Assembly (NCBI GenBank): GCA_003614675.1 | Contig: ML002334.1 | Location: 1-40,864, forward strand | DNA: 40,864 nt | DNA from: Dimargaris cristalligena | Taxonomy: Eukaryota | Direction of reading: 5' to 3' | Shown: piece by piece, positions 9,418-22,400 of the stretch | Position numbering within the stretch: the first letter of the stretch is position 1 | Layout of the letters: every line of letters begins with the position of its first letter | Notes under the pieces: generated by a model | Seen by the model: the letters and a program-made list of their open reading frames with translations, nothing else | Told to the model about the DNA's origin: nothing | Databases searched by the model: none | Translations under genes and position numbers: made by a program

Positions 9418-10152
9418 GCCCCCACCACCTATACTACACGCTCTATTTGGCTCTTTGCATTGATAGATGATATCAGTATGTTTATCTATACTCTTCGTCA
9501 ATTCTCTGTGTATGTATGTGTGGTTATTGGCTTATTCAATGACGACCTCGTTGTGGAGCAGTTGCTATGCGTTTGCTTGGCTATGATGGTTAGTGGTCCA
9601 TCGTGAGTTCTGTATTCTAAATATCTATATTAATAAATACCCCCTTATAAGACCGACTAGAATGTCCAACATTCCAATAATCACGTACACTCAAGAGCCT
9701 GTTCGACTAGAGTAAGCCGATCCTAAATTACCAAATTCATCGTACATAAATAAAATATCTTTATCGGTACAATCTAAAACGAGGGCAATTCTTCGTCAGA
9801 AAATGAGGGGAGGGGTGGGATTTTGGTAAACTAAACGCATCCTTTTGAATAATACAGCAAACGCCGCATGGTTGCTCTTGTGTTATGATTAAGGAGGCGG
9901 GGATTGACAGCAGCCTTTAGCGTTGTCAAATTTTAACGTATTAAAGCAGAAGTGGGGGGACTACCATCATCGTCAATACAATCAAGTTGGCTATACACAG
10001 TAGACTACGCTGGTAAAAATGCAGAACAACGTAAATGGGAGTCAGGCAGGGAAGTAGGCTCTGGGAGAGTGTGGATGAGAAATTATATCCGTAGCACACC
10101 TTTCCCGTACACAACCCCTTTCCGACTATCCGGCGAGTAAGAGTATCGTTGC

Positions 10153-13100
10153 TCAAGCCATACCGGCCTCGGCTTCCATCCAAGGCACAACCATATCAAC
10201 CAGACTGCCAGCCGGTTCCTTGACCGTATCGGGGAAGAAGGCCAACAAGTCGTCAAACAGAACCCGCCGTGAACCATGGATCAGCTGTTCGCGTGTGGGG
10301 GCATCCTTAGGCCAGTCGTGGAGGAGCGCGACCGGAAGCCGGTGGAACGCGGCCACTTGGAGGGGATTATCGAAGTCCACCAATTCGGCCAGTTGGTTCT
10401 GCAGGTACTGGATGGCCTTGAGAATACGCTGGTAGTCGTACGTCGAGGGCGGGGGATTGAGACTACTGTGGTAGGCGGTAACATAGGATGATACGGATGT
10501 CGAATGGGCGGAGTCCATCCCCGAGTGCATGGGCCGAGCCTGGGGAGCCAATATACACATTTCCAAAAAATGTTGACGACGTACCAGGAATTTCATTCGC
10601 TTGATGACATCAGTGGCGGTGGGTTTGCGAAGTTGGAGCGCCCATAGGTCATTGAGCCGGTGGTTGGGGTGTAACGAATGCCGACGGGTCCAAGAGGCGG
10701 CGGAAGACGAGCAGAAGGGGTGGATGAAGGGCGCATTCCCTCCCGTCGCTAGAGCACCCGCCACCGGATGGGTGTTGGCCAAATCGAGGGGTGGGGAGCC
10801 CGAGGAGGGCGGCGGGGCAGGCGGAGCGACCGAGGAGGAAGGTGCGGGGAAAGGCAGACCCGGGTCTGATTCGGAGGGAGAGGACGGGGAGAATGAGACA
10901 CCGCCGAATAGGTAGTGGGTTCGGTGACGCTCATCATAGACCAGCTGGTGGGCAATGCGTGCGCAGGGGAACGTCGGTGACGCTGGTGGTGAATGCGACA
11001 GGGTCGGGGCGGTTTCCTGCGCCATGCCCAAAGACCTGAATTCCGCGCCTGACGATGCCTTGGTAGCTACGGGGACAGTAGGCGAAGAAACCGACTTTTC
11101 GGGGGTACATAGGCGGGGTCCTGTCAAATCATCCAAGTAAAAGAGAAAACGCGGACACTGGCCGGCCAGGGAGCGGCGGGACCCCGACATCGCAAGACTC
11201 CCGCCTGCCCTACATTTCGACCCCGCCGCCGAGGATTGACTAGGGGGGCACGATTTCAACTCAGCTCCCGGCGACAGCTGTGCTGGGCTGGTATCTGTAG
11301 GGGACGGGCGGACAGGGATGGTGGCGCTCGGGGCAACAGCTCCGGGAATAGTTCCAGTGGGCGGGGAGGTAGCCGGGTAGGATACCGAGCTGGACCGGCG
11401 GTGTGGTAGAGTAGTAGCAGAGTCTAGCTTATTAGGAGGTGTGAGTGGGTCACTAATCCCGTTACGGGAGTGAGTTCGGAATATGGGAGTCCAAGTCTCG
11501 GAAGGTACATGATAACTCCAAAGGGTGCTCACAATATCACTACTTTCCGTGCCCTGCCCCTTGAGGGAGGGATTGTAGGCCCAGCCGGTGAAGACGATAA
11601 TCTCCTGTCGGTCGGGGTCGTAGGTGGCCCTGTGGGTGTAGCGCCGGTCATAAACGATGGAGTTGTTGGTATGTGGAGTCACCTTCTCGAATACGGTATC
11701 GGTGTCCATATCGTAGACCGTAAAGTCGCCCTGGCCAGTGTTTTCCCGCTGGGTCGCTATAATCAGCAGTTGCCGACTGCGCGGATCCAGGAGCGTCGAC
11801 TGTTCCATCCGGGTGCGTAGGGCAGCGTCCACATCGGTGGGTAACACGTCTGGCCGTAGAACCGTCCAAGTCTTGTTGGGAATGGAGTAGCGGTAAAGAC
11901 CCGAATAAACGCACTCCCGGGCATCACTGTTGATGGTACGGCCACCAAACACAAAAAGCTGCTGGGTAGCGGCATCGACGGTCATCTCCAGGTCGAAGGA
12001 TAGACGAGGGCCGCCATCCAGTTCAGTATTGACCGAGAGGCGCTCCCAGGAATTGGTGTGGATATGGTAAGCGTAAAAGTCGCTGTCCAGGGAATTTTCG
12101 CCGCGCTGGTCAGGGTCCACGTAACGGCCGAGTAAGTACAGCACTTGGGTTTGCGGGCAGCAGCACATGGTGTGGTAATTACGAGGCCCCGGCCCACCTT
12201 GCTGGGCTGTATCGGCGCTGATGAGCTCCCACTGACAGCTTTCCAGGTGGTAGCGCCAGAAGTCAGACAGACTCTGGGTGCCGGACCACCCACCAAACAA
12301 GTACAGGTGGCCACCGACCGGATCCATGCACATTTGGTGGGCACCGCGACCGCCGGGACTAGGGCCGGAACGGGGGAGTACCCGCTCCCATTGGGCGCTG
12401 TAGGGGCAACTGCGGATGTAGTCATTCAGGAGGCCGTTGGCATTGCAGGTGGTTAGCATCGATTCCAGACGGTCAAAATGGCCACCCAAAGCGGCAGCCC
12501 GCATATCGGTAACCAGGGGATTTTCGAGTTGGATGGGGGGTTGGTCAGCGGGCAAGGGCCGAATCATGCCCTGTAAGTCGAAGCGCTGGGGGTTCAAGTC
12601 GCGGATTACCTTGAGACACATCCGCAGGGCCACCCGCTCGCAGTAGTGCTGGTACTGGGCGACCAAGGGCTGTACTACGGCGGGGTCCTGGACCCCCCGC
12701 AGCTCCAGATACCAGATACTGAAGTTAAACTTGAGTTCGTAGGCCATCAAGGGGACGACCTTGAGCCACTGGATCGGGAACGGGACCCGGCCGCCGTGCA
12801 GGGTATTGCGGACGGTGAACGACTCGGGCTCGCTGTCGTCGCGCAGTCCCGACAGCAGAATTTCCACCCAGTGGTTTTCGGTAGCGGCGGCGAGTACTTT
12901 GAATTCCTTGAGGTTGCAGATATGCTTGCGGGAAAACTTGCCAAAGGTGATACTCTGAAGGAGACAGGGCCGGTCGAGTTTGAGGGTCAGGAACTGGTGT
13001 TGATCACCGGCGCCGGAGGACCACCGTGACCGACCGGCCGTCGGCTGATTAACTTTGATGTTATCGGGGTAAAAATCGGCATTGTAGCTGGAATAGTCAA

Positions 13101-13524
13101 TGACTTCGTAGCCGAGTTTTTCCATGCGCCGGGTGGGCCGACTGAGTACTCGAGTATCATCATGGTGGTCGGTCGGAGAGGGCGAGGTATGGGGGTTCAG
13201 AAGCGGACAGGGTGGAATGGAATATTGGGAGGCAGAGGAGTTGGTTAGCGAACCCCGGCGACCCAAGGCCTCGGGGGCCAACCAAGTATGGCGCGGGTTC
13301 AGTGGGCGCGGGGTGGGCTCGGCATCGGCTGAACCATTGGCGATAATGGGAGGGGTGATGCGGTAATTGGCGAGCGGGAATAGGTTGCACTCGGCGAAGA
13401 GGTTGGGGCCGGTGGACAGTGTGGCCGGCTGGTCCGTTTCGTCCGGGGACCGTAAATGCATGGAAAGAGGGAATGTGTAACCGAAGGAGGAGAGGAGGTG
13501 AGGTGATAGGACAGTATAGGGCAA
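10153..13524 (-). CDS. MKLN1: Muskelin (CTLH/GID E3 complex subunit): discoidin-like domain, kelch repeats and C-terminal module
   Basis: N-domain YSSYNADFYPDNIKVNQP...RWSS...ITFGKFSRKHICNLKEFK; kelch PGGRGAHQMCMD...YLFGGWSG; C-terminus RRVLFDDLLAFFPDTVKEPAGSLVDMV matches muskelin. The start codon is uncertain because there are several in-frame ATGs. Confidence 0.92.
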   Translation of the reverse strand: MPYTVLSPHLLSSFGYTFPLSMHLRSPDETDQPATLSTGPNLFAECNLFPLANYRITPPIIANGSADAEPTPRPLNPRHTWLAPEALGRRGSLTNSSASQYSIPPCPLLNPHTSPSPTDHHDDTRVLSRPTRRMEKLGYEVIDYSSYNADFYPDNIKVNQPTAGRSRWSSGAGDQHQFLTLKLDRPCLLQSITFGKFSRKHICNLKEFKVLAAATENHWVEILLSGLRDDSEPESFTVRNTLHGGRVPFPIQWLKVVPLMAYELKFNFSIWYLELRGVQDPAVVQPLVAQYQHYCERVALRMCLKVIRDLNPQRFDLQGMIRPLPADQPPIQLENPLVTDMRAAALGGHFDRLESMLTTCNANGLLNDYIRSCPYSAQWERVLPRSGPSPGGRGAHQMCMDPVGGHLYLFGGWSGTQSLSDFWRYHLESCQWELISADTAQQGGPGPRNYHTMCCCPQTQVLYLLGRYVDPDQRGENSLDSDFYAYHIHTNSWERLSVNTELDGGPRLSFDLEMTVDAATQQLFVFGGRTINSDARECVYSGLYRYSIPNKTWTVLRPDVLPTDVDAALRTRMEQSTLLDPRSRQLLIIATQRENTGQGDFTVYDMDTDTVFEKVTPHTNNSIVYDRRYTHRATYDPDRQEIIVFTGWAYNPSLKGQGTESSDIVSTLWSYHVPSETWTPIFRTHSRNGISDPLTPPNKLDSATTLPHRRSSSVSYPATSPPTGTIPGAVAPSATIPVRPSPTDTSPAQLSPGAELKSCPPSQSSAAGSKCRAGGSLAMSGSRRSLAGQCPRFLFYLDDLTGPRLCTPEKSVSSPTVPVATKASSGAEFRSLGMAQETAPTLSHSPPASPTFPCARIAHQLVYDERHRTHYLFGGVSFSPSSPSESDPGLPFPAPSSSVAPPAPPPSSGSPPLDLANTHPVAGALATGGNAPFIHPFCSSSAASWTRRHSLHPNHRLNDLWALQLRKPTATDVIKRMKFLVRRQHFLEMCILAPQARPMHSGMDSAHSTSVSSYVTAYHSSLNPPPSTYDYQRILKAIQYLQNQLAELVDFDNPLQVAAFHRLPVALLHDWPKDAPTREQLIHGSRRVLFDDLLAFFPDTVKEPAGSLVDMVVPWMEAEAGMA

Positions 13525-13663
13525 TGAGGCACTATGGAGGGTTTAAGAAAGGAGCGTGGGCGGTGTTTTGGAGATGGACAACAGGCGACGATGCGGAGCG
13601 TCAACACAAGACGGGGTATGAGAAGGACCCTGAAAGGGAAAGAGATATAGAAAGAGAGAGAAA

Positions 13664-13665
<2 letters not shown>

Positions 13666-13702
<37 letters not shown>
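13666..13702. repeat. (GA)n microsatellite upstream of muskelin
   Basis: About 18 uninterrupted GA units, forming a CT tract on the muskelin strand. Confidence 0.95.
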
Positions 13703-13703
<1 letters not shown>

Positions 13704-14562
13704 AGCATTGAGCGAGGGCGATATCGTGCGTTCCCAGGGTATTAAGGGTTTATTGAACCATGCCGCAAGGTAGGCGGAACGTGACCCTGGAAGCTGAGAG
13801 GATGTCCTTATTCGCGGCCCTATGTGGTTCTTGCCTATTGAATTGGAGGCCTAGAGAGTGGCGAGTTCTTCCTCCTATTATTGCCCCCCCATGTGAGACC
13901 TCCTAGTAAAACCCCCTGTCTAATGTGCTGACTATTAACCAATGCAGCTAAGGTACTCTTCCGTCTTGTCATGGACCCTGTCGAGTCAGGTAAGTCCTCC
14001 CAGACTCTTACTCTCTATGCCCACCGATGCGCCGTGTCACCTGGCCTGGAGGTGCAGGGTGCCGCTCTACTTCTGGTCGTGAACTGACGCCCGCCCTATT
14101 ATACTCTTCTAGCTGGTAAAACCCCGCCGTCATGTCGGGTCCTGCTGAGAAAACGACCCAGCCGTATGGGGTGTCTCTTCAACCTAATAGGCCTTCTTTG
14201 CCTTCTACTACTCCGCATTTCCGGTTAGTAATCGAGGGGGGTTTCGGCGGGGTCTGAAACCCTGACCCGGTGGCCTGAACTGAGCTGAGCTCTTCAAACA
14301 ATAGCCCAAGGGGCCACGCTTCACCTTGGTATTTCCGCTACCATCGCCAAAGGGATATGTCCCAACCGATATATTGGAATGGTAATACTTCAGTCGGCGG
14401 AAACAGCTATCACCTTATTCATGAAAGGGTTATATTTATTCATATTTATAAATGTGGCACTAATCAAAAAACTAATGAATGCAGCCGTGATTGGGGAAAG
14501 GGGCACAATCGGAGGGCTTGTCGCCACCCTTTCTCCATTTCTCTCACTCATTCACGGAATCA

Positions 14563-17500
14563 TCACTGCTTCTCAATAAACAGACGGTCGAGGGCATCCA
14601 GTCCTTCACGGTATTTGCGGTAGTTGAGTTCATACTGGTCCGAATCAATGTCAATCTTACGCGCTCCGTGGTTATAAACAAAACTAATCAGGAATCGGTA
14701 TTCTTCAATGGAAAACACCAGTTCGTGCGTGGAAATGTGGTGCATCAGCGTATCAAGATCCAGCTGGAACAGTTCATAGTATTTGAGGGCGTGGTCCAGT
14801 CCCGACTCGTTGCTGAGTGAGATGTTGGTCAGATTCTGCTGGAGGGCCAGCACATTACGCACCATCTTGCGACTGCCAAAGTAGTTCAAGTCCTTCAGGT
14901 GACCCGCGTTGTTGATCAGGATATATGATATTAAATGGGAGATCCCCGAGAAGACAAATCTATAGAAGCGGTGGGTCGAATATGTGAGGTACAGGTAAAA
15001 AAAAATACAAAGGCAGGCGCAATGAGAAATGCGGTTAGTCACGCTCCCAGTACCCTCTTTCTGGGCAGAACTTCGGACTTTAAAACCCCCTCGCTGAGTG
15101 CGCTGGGGCTCATACACCCCCAGCATTATCCATGACCTTATAGTCCACGGGACTCACATCAGCAGTCCGACAGCCCGGTGGATGCAAGACTTCACGACTA
15201 TGGCACCCCAACTACAACATCGACCGATTAGTTCGATTCCATAGAGCCATAACCATATACTATAACTTACTCGATCTCGTCCCTCGGAAGGCTCTTGGCC
15301 AGCAATTCTTCGCACATAATGAGGTCCGCATTAAATGTTTGAATATACTGGTCCGGTTCTTGGGATTCTTCGCTTAAGCCATAGTTGCCCTAGGGGATTC
15401 ACATATTACAGCAGTCGAAGCCGTAGAAAACATCGGTTAGTTCGACCATGGTTCACAAATCAGGCAGACCGGGCATGCCTTCAAGATTGGCCGCTCGGGG
15501 GGGGGGGGTACCTGCCTTAGAAAGACAATCCTCCCTCACAAAATGGGTCACAACTGTGTATTTGAGGAGGTAAATGTCAGACAAATATTCCACTATAATT
15601 TCCGCCTAGAGAAGGCTAGTACACTTACCTCACGGGTGGCCAGTTCCAAAAAGTACATGCAGCGGCACCGTATTTCAATTCGTAAAATAACCAAACACGA
15701 CGTGGCCAGGACCCGGTGACGGTCCCATAGCTCGTCCAGTCGTTCCCGCAGACCTTTCATCTGGGCCAAGACATCCAAGTCCAAACTATGGTATGCGCTG
15801 GGGTCCGACGGGTCGTCCACCGCCCCCCCGTCGGGCCCAGCATCCGGATGGTTTTTATCCACGCCACCGTCAACCCCTACGGCCATCCGACCTTCGTTCC
15901 CCACGCTCGCCTTACGGGCCGCCTGCGCTGCTCCCAGGTACACTCTCGACGCCTTGGAGTACTTGACGTTGAGCAAAAACCATTCCAAGCTGTGGTGTAG
16001 CGTGGCCAGGAAATTCAGCTTCTTGACGTCGAACATGAGTTCGCTGGGGTGGATGGACCGTTCGTGTTTGAGCTTAAACTCCAACTGTGTTTCCTTCTCA
16101 CCCCGGGGGTCATACTGGACGTTGGGGTCATGCAGCGTGAGTTGCAATTTCATGTCCAATAGCTGGAGTAGGTCCTCATCGCGCGCCCATTGGGACGAGA
16201 GGCATTGCTTGGTTAATAAAGCGGGGATCTGCCCGCCGCCCCCTCCACTACCGACGCCACCACCACTCGTCGACCGTTCCATGGTCATCCCGTTAGAGCC
16301 ATTTCCAACCCCCGGTCCGCCTTCGACCGGACCCCCGCCACTGGGTCCCGCGGGATTATGCAGCAGACTGGAATGGAACATGGTCCCACCCCCGCTGCCA
16401 TCCGCATGGGTCATCATTTTGCTGGTGGCGATGGCCTCCACGAACCGGCGGTGACACTCTTCGAAGTACTGGCGGATAATCTTTTCGATAATCGTTACGT
16501 ACTCCTCCCGGTAAAACGGAATAGCCGACAGCATACCCGCCAAATCATGAATCAGGGGCACAATGGATACCGCACTTTTCACCACCGGTCGGCCGCGGTA
16601 CAGCAGCGTCGGGTGGTTATAGAAGGCGTCGCTACCACTGGTGATTTGCTGAAACAAATGTAGGGCGTGGGCCTCCACCTGGGGCAGGAAGAAACGTACG
16701 AAGAAGTCGCGCAGAAACTCGTCAAAGTCCTGTGTGTCCCGGGGTTCGAGGAGGACATGGCCAATCTTGGCCAAAAACTGAATGGTTGGCGATAGGACCA
16801 CCGAGGCGTGGTAAATGCTGGGTGAAACCAGCAATTGGTGGCCGGCCGTGTTGCAACCGTCGGCGAAGCGGTCCACCACCGTAGAGTTGGATGCCATCTG
16901 GGCCATTTGGTCGTAGTTGGCCATTTGAAGGACCTGGCGAACCTCATCCTCGATGGGTTTGTACAGGGCTTCGGACGTGGTCTTAATTTCGGACTGACTG
17001 AAACTAAAGAGCTGGCGGGGCGGAGGACCCGCCATGTCCGTTGCCGTGGCTGCTGATGCCGCAGGACCTGGGGAGGGTAGTCCGGAGCCGGCCGCCTGGG
17101 GTTGTTGACCAGTGGTACTCTTGGACCGGATCATATTTAGGTTAAATTCGTCTAACCAGCGCGAGCCACCTGCTGCGGCCTTCGCTAATGTTCCCGCTGC
17201 AGGGCGTTGGGGGGTGCTTACTCGATCGCGAGCCCCAGGACCCGGGGACACGACACTCCCGGCCGCACCCCCGGACGGGACTACGGATCCCACAGAAGTC
17301 AAGTCGCTGCTACGGTGGGCCACGGCGGTATCCGCGGTCAAATAATCGTACAGCATGGATTTAATTTCGCTTTGGATGGTCATCCATACTTCACGCAGCG
17401 CGTAAGCGGACAAGGTGCCCCGCGATGAACGGGCGGACGTAGTCGATTGGCTCTGGCGACGGGGACTCTTATTAATCACCTCGAGTACAAATTTATGATA

Positions 17501-19093
17501 CTCCAGGACACTGCCGAACCGCGCGTAGAGGGTCGTAACAAAATCCTCCAGAACTTCCTGGGCCTGCGCGCGCTGCTTTGGGGTCATTAATGCTTTCGTG
17601 TTTAGGGTGGAGGCGGGGGTGAGTTCCGTTTTGGATGCCGCATTCGGCATACCCAGCTTGTGCCGTTCCTCAACCTCCGCAATGATGCGATCGGCCAGGT
17701 GGTGCAGTTCAATGGGAATGCGTTCCTGGATGGTGGCAACCGAGTCGTCGATACGGTCCAGCAGCATCAGACTCTTCAAGAGCATTTCCACATAGGCAAA
17801 GGAATCGGCCTCGGGGTTGTCGTCGTTTTGAATGGCCTTGTCCCCGCGTTGGGGGCGTCTACCCCCCGGTCCCTTGGCCTGCCACTCCTGGTCACTCATG
17901 CCGGCGGGTTTGACGGTGGGTTTGGTTTGACTAACCGTGTCGTCCTCGTCGTCTTGCAATACAATGCCCATACGGCGCTCACAGTAGGGGCTTTTGAGAT
18001 AAATGTGGTTGTTGAGTTCTTCGATGATAACTTCGTGGATCATCTAGGGCGGGGTGGGATAGGAAATAGGAATATGGTGCGAGGGTTAGAGTTATTCATT
18101 CTTGACGACAGGCCTGGGAAGGTATTAGGCCATTGAGGGTATTTAATGGGTGGTATAGCTTACATTCTTCTCCTTTGTCAGTTGCTCGCGTAAATCTACT
18201 AGAGCACCGATTTGGCGAACCTCTTCGCTGTTAATAGTAGTAAGCCCATCCAAAAGCTTCTGGACGGACTCCAGGTACTGTTTCTTGTTGTTGAGCTCCT
18301 CGATGTCCGTGGAGATTTTTTTCAGTTCCTCACTATTACGGGGGATTTAGTCAAACGGATAGAAACGAACAATTATAGGATGGATTAGCCAAAGCGCTGG
18401 TGAAAGGCCTCGGGGATTCAAGGATATACGATAGGGGCCCTGGAATGTACATGTTTATCCGATCGTAAACAGCAATATCATGGGCTTACATTTGGTCGAG
18501 AACCCGAATCATTTCAGTACACTGGATGGTTTTATAATACAGTTGGCCCAGGGCCGACTTATCCTGGCCTAGGGATTCGCTCGTTTGCTTGATATTTTCC
18601 TGGAAGGATCGCACGGAATCCTGGGTCTCTTTTTTTATAAAATGGTTCAAGCGATACATGCAAAATTAGGGCGGTTAATTCCAAACTGAGGCAGTTTTCG
18701 GCGTTTCAGATTGCCAATATGGGGATTATTCTGGATAGACAAATATCCATAATGCCAGCTGGTCAATAAAACGCCATTAAACCACGGCCTACATATCATT
18801 ACGCCCTACTCACCCACTAACTTGTCCTTAATTTCACCAAACGACAGAATTGAGTTATTGAACCCCTGGTAATATTCGTCCACGATATCTTCGAGCGAGT
18901 CGTCAAGGTGGTGGAAGTATCGCATAAACTCGTTGTAGTTGCGACTCGCGGAGCTGCCGTCCAAGAGTTGCAAGGCCAGGGGTACGGGGTTAAATTCCTC
19001 TTCAGTCATGAAACCCCAGTTGCGCTCGATTTCGTAGATGGCGTTTTCGGCCCGCTGGAGGGGCTTCACCCCCGCGTCGTACGGATTGGCCAT
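14563..19093 (-). CDS. SEC8: Exocyst complex component Sec8/EXOC4 (6 exons)
   Basis: Exons 19093-18814, 18628-18490, 18332-18164, 18043-15629, 15389-15271 and 14959-14563; all introns are GT-AG with consistent phases. Motifs FNPVPLALQLLD, IVDEYYQGFNNSI, IIEELNNHIYLKSPY, LRIEIRCRCMYFL and KMVRNVLALQQNL. Confidence 0.95.
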
Positions 19094-19478
19094 GGTGAGG
19101 GGAAGGGAAAGATGGGTCGAAGAGGATGAATGAGTTAAAAACAGTGGAATGGAGCAGGGGATAAGGTGGGCAACGGGTATTAGAACAATAGGGGAGGGGG
19201 TCGGGAAAGAGGTGAACAGCAGAGGCAGTCTCTCCCCCCCCCACCAGCCACTTTAAAGTCAGCCAGTCCCTGGCGCTCCAAAAGAGTGAGCACAGTAGGT
19301 GACCTTTATTGGCCAGGTTAAGTTGGGTACTAAACAGCGTCTGTATTTTGTCAACAAGACCCCAACCTTTAACAAATCCGCTCCTATATTAATATATCTC
19401 TTTACCTACCAACTCTCGATAGCCAATATTACCTAATACCACTCGGTTTAGCTACCGAAACACAGAGTGCCCTTCGCC

Positions 19479-22400
19479 ATGGACGACCGTGACTCCGAAT
19501 CTAATTCGGAAATCGTGGTGACCCAACGCTCGACCTTTAGCTTTTCCGACCTCCAACCTGGCAGCAGTCGTCGCCCCAATGCGGTGGCGGGCGGTCCCGG
19601 CGGCGCGGCTGACGAATTCCTTGGAACCGACAGCCTCACCCTGGCCGACTACAGCGGCAGTGAAGGCGAGGGTGATTCCGGGCCCAGCTCCCATTCGGGC
19701 ATGCACGACCCTTTCAAAAAGAAGGGAACCCAAAAGCGGGCCCACCGGCGGGTTAAAATTAAGCCACTCGATTATAAAACCAACCGCTTACCTACTACCG
19801 CTAAACGTAAGCGCAGCTCAGCTACTACGACCCGGACCAAACCTGGGCCCACCGAAACCAACGACGCTAAACCAGGAACTCGCCCGCCCCGTCGGCGGAA
19901 AACGGACGCACCCATTGCCACAGCCACAGCCACTACCATACCGACGGAGTCAAACAGTGGTAGCTCACGTCCCGCCGCGGCCCCCGCTTTGGTTAGTCAG
20001 AACTTTGTACGGTTGAAGATCAAAAGTCGCAAGGGACACGCCCAGGCCAGTATAGACCGGAATATGCGCTTCCACCGGACCTTGCAGGCCCGTGCCGAAG
20101 CCCGCGAGGCCCGAGACCAGGCAGATGCTGGGGCGGCATTGGAGGTAGCCTTTGACTCTGATGAAGAGGCCATGCTCCAGACCCTCCAGATCAGCGGCCA
20201 GCCCTTGAAATCGGATCCTTCCGCTCCGCCCGATACCATGGAGAATACCACTTTGGTCCATGAAGACGACCCCTGGGCTCCCCGACTGTGCTATTTCCGA
20301 GACGCTTCCCAGTTTGATATTCTCCGGCCCTATGCGGTGGACCCGGCCACGTTCGCTGACCAGCCGGCCACAGCCAAGGTCTGCGTTCTTATCCATCCCA
20401 GCTACTACCTCCGCCCCTCATTTTTTCATCCGAACCCCCCCTTCAACCTCCGGCCTGCCGCCACCCCCGACGCAGATTTCCCGCTATGGATCAATATCCG
20501 CCTACTACTCCAAACGATTTGGCGGTTCCCGGGGTTTCGAACGGATCAGTTTAAAACGATTCAACGCATTCTTAGCCGCCAGTCGACCCTCCTAGCCTTA
20601 GCCACAGGATCGGGTAAATCCCTGTGCTACCAGCTTAGCGGACTCGTCCTGTCGTATTTAGACCCCCAGCAACTTACATTAGTGATTTCCCCCATTATTG
20701 CGCTCATGCAAGACCAAATCAAGCACCTACCCGCAGAGCTTCCCGGCCTTTGCTGGAGTGCAGCCAGCGGTGGGGCCGGCCGGGACGCGACCAAAGTGCT
20801 CCAACGGTTGGTGAACCGGGAAATTAAAGTGCTGTTTGTGTCCCCCGAGCGACTTCGGTCGCGAGTGTTCCAGCAGGCCGCGGCGCAGGGGAGTTTAGGC
20901 CGAGTCGGTTTAGTATGTTTAGACGAAGCCCACTGCCTGTCCATGTGGTCCCACAACTTCCGGCCCGCCTACCTTCATGTCGGTTCGGTGATTGACCAGT
21001 ACCTAAAACACCCTTGCGTTCTGGCCATGACGGGTACGTTGACGAGGGAAACCCAGGCCGCGCTGGTCGAGTCGCTACGCCTAAATGCCGACACGGACGT
21101 GCTACGCAACACCGCCCTACGGTCCAACCTTCTGTTTTCGGTGTCTAAGCCGGCGGCCAAGGATACGGCGCTAGTTCAGTTATTACAGTCCCCACCCTTT
21201 GATCGCCTGGCCTCCATCATCGTGTACGTCAATCGCCAACACGAGGCGGACCAGATCGCGGCCTACCTTAAAGCCCGCAACATCCCCTCCCTCAGCTACC
21301 ACGCCAATAAACCCCCCGCCGACCGGGCCCGCATCCAAACCGCTTTTCTGGCGGGCCAGGTCCGCGTGCTCGTCGCCACCATTGCGTTCGGATTGGGGAT
21401 TGATAAGCCGGATATTCGCGCCGTGATCCATTACCATTTGCCACGTACCGTCGAAGACTACGCCCAGGAAACCGGGCGATGTGGGCGGGACGGACAGGTC
21501 TCCTACTGTCATTTGTTTCTGGACCCCGACGACTATCTGCGGATTCGGAGTCTGGCCTTTACCGATGCCCTCGAACCCAGCCATATTCGTCGATGGTGCC
21601 AGACGTTGCTCCGGCCCCTGCTCACTACTCAGCAAGGCTCCCCGGCGGTATCCGACGGGTATATCACCGTGAACAGCGAACTTACCCCCACGACCGCCGA
21701 CTTTGATATCCGCCCGGAACTATTGGTCACGCTACTGAGCTACCTCGAAATCCACCCGGCCCGTCCATTCCGGACCGTGGAAAGCCTGCCCGAGTGGGTA
21801 CTGGTGCGCTTCTGTAAGTCGGACCCCTCCGATTTGGCGGGGGGCGCTTCCGAACGGGGTCTCCTGCCCCTCCAGTCCGGGGGTCCGGAATCCGTGCAAG
21901 CGCGGCTGGACCGCGCCTTATTCGCCGCCCTCATCGAAATAGGCCCCATCCGCGGGGGTGGTGCAAAACCACTCCGGCCTCTCAGATATGACATGATGAC
22001 CCTCAGTCGGGCTTGGTACCGGCAGTATGGGGCCCTAACGATTTCGAGCGCCTCCCCGAATGAAGAGAGTAGCGAAGGTCAGGACGGGCTGAACTCCGAA
22101 ACTCTCGAAATGACCCGACCAGCGCAATTAATGAGTCGATTGGGCTACTGGAAAGGTCGCAGACAATTGATGCTTCAGTACGGTCCTCCCGTCTATTTTA
22201 TTCGACTCGACCCGCATGCTCCCCGCCGACTAGAGCAGATGGCGTTAGACAAGCAGCTGACTGATTCCCAACTAGAGTCGGCTGAGCCTAGTCGAGCCGG
22301 CCCTACGAATCAAGATACTCTTTTGGAATCGTTCTGTGACGCACTGTCGCAAGACCTTATTCAAAGGGCTGAACGGCTCCTTCGCGCAAAAGTCCGGAAA

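Noticed and set aside
14113..14190. TGC-TGA as a selenocysteine or antizyme frameshift site
   Set aside because: No selenoprotein or antizyme similarity, no SECIS recognised, and the frame stops shortly afterwards.
14130..14200. TPP riboswitch-like CTGAGAAA...ACCC
   Set aside because: The downstream ACCTGAT...TAATGC...GCG..GG half is missing and there is no thiamine gene nearby.
15180..15250. tRNA suggested by GTTCGATTCC in a SEC8 intron
   Set aside because: No T-stem or acceptor-stem pairing.
20379..20476. Hidden in-frame intron in RECQL4 (pyrimidine-rich stretch GTCTGC...CGCAG)
   Set aside because: Donor and acceptor phases do not match and the donor is weak; it cannot be supported without transcript data.
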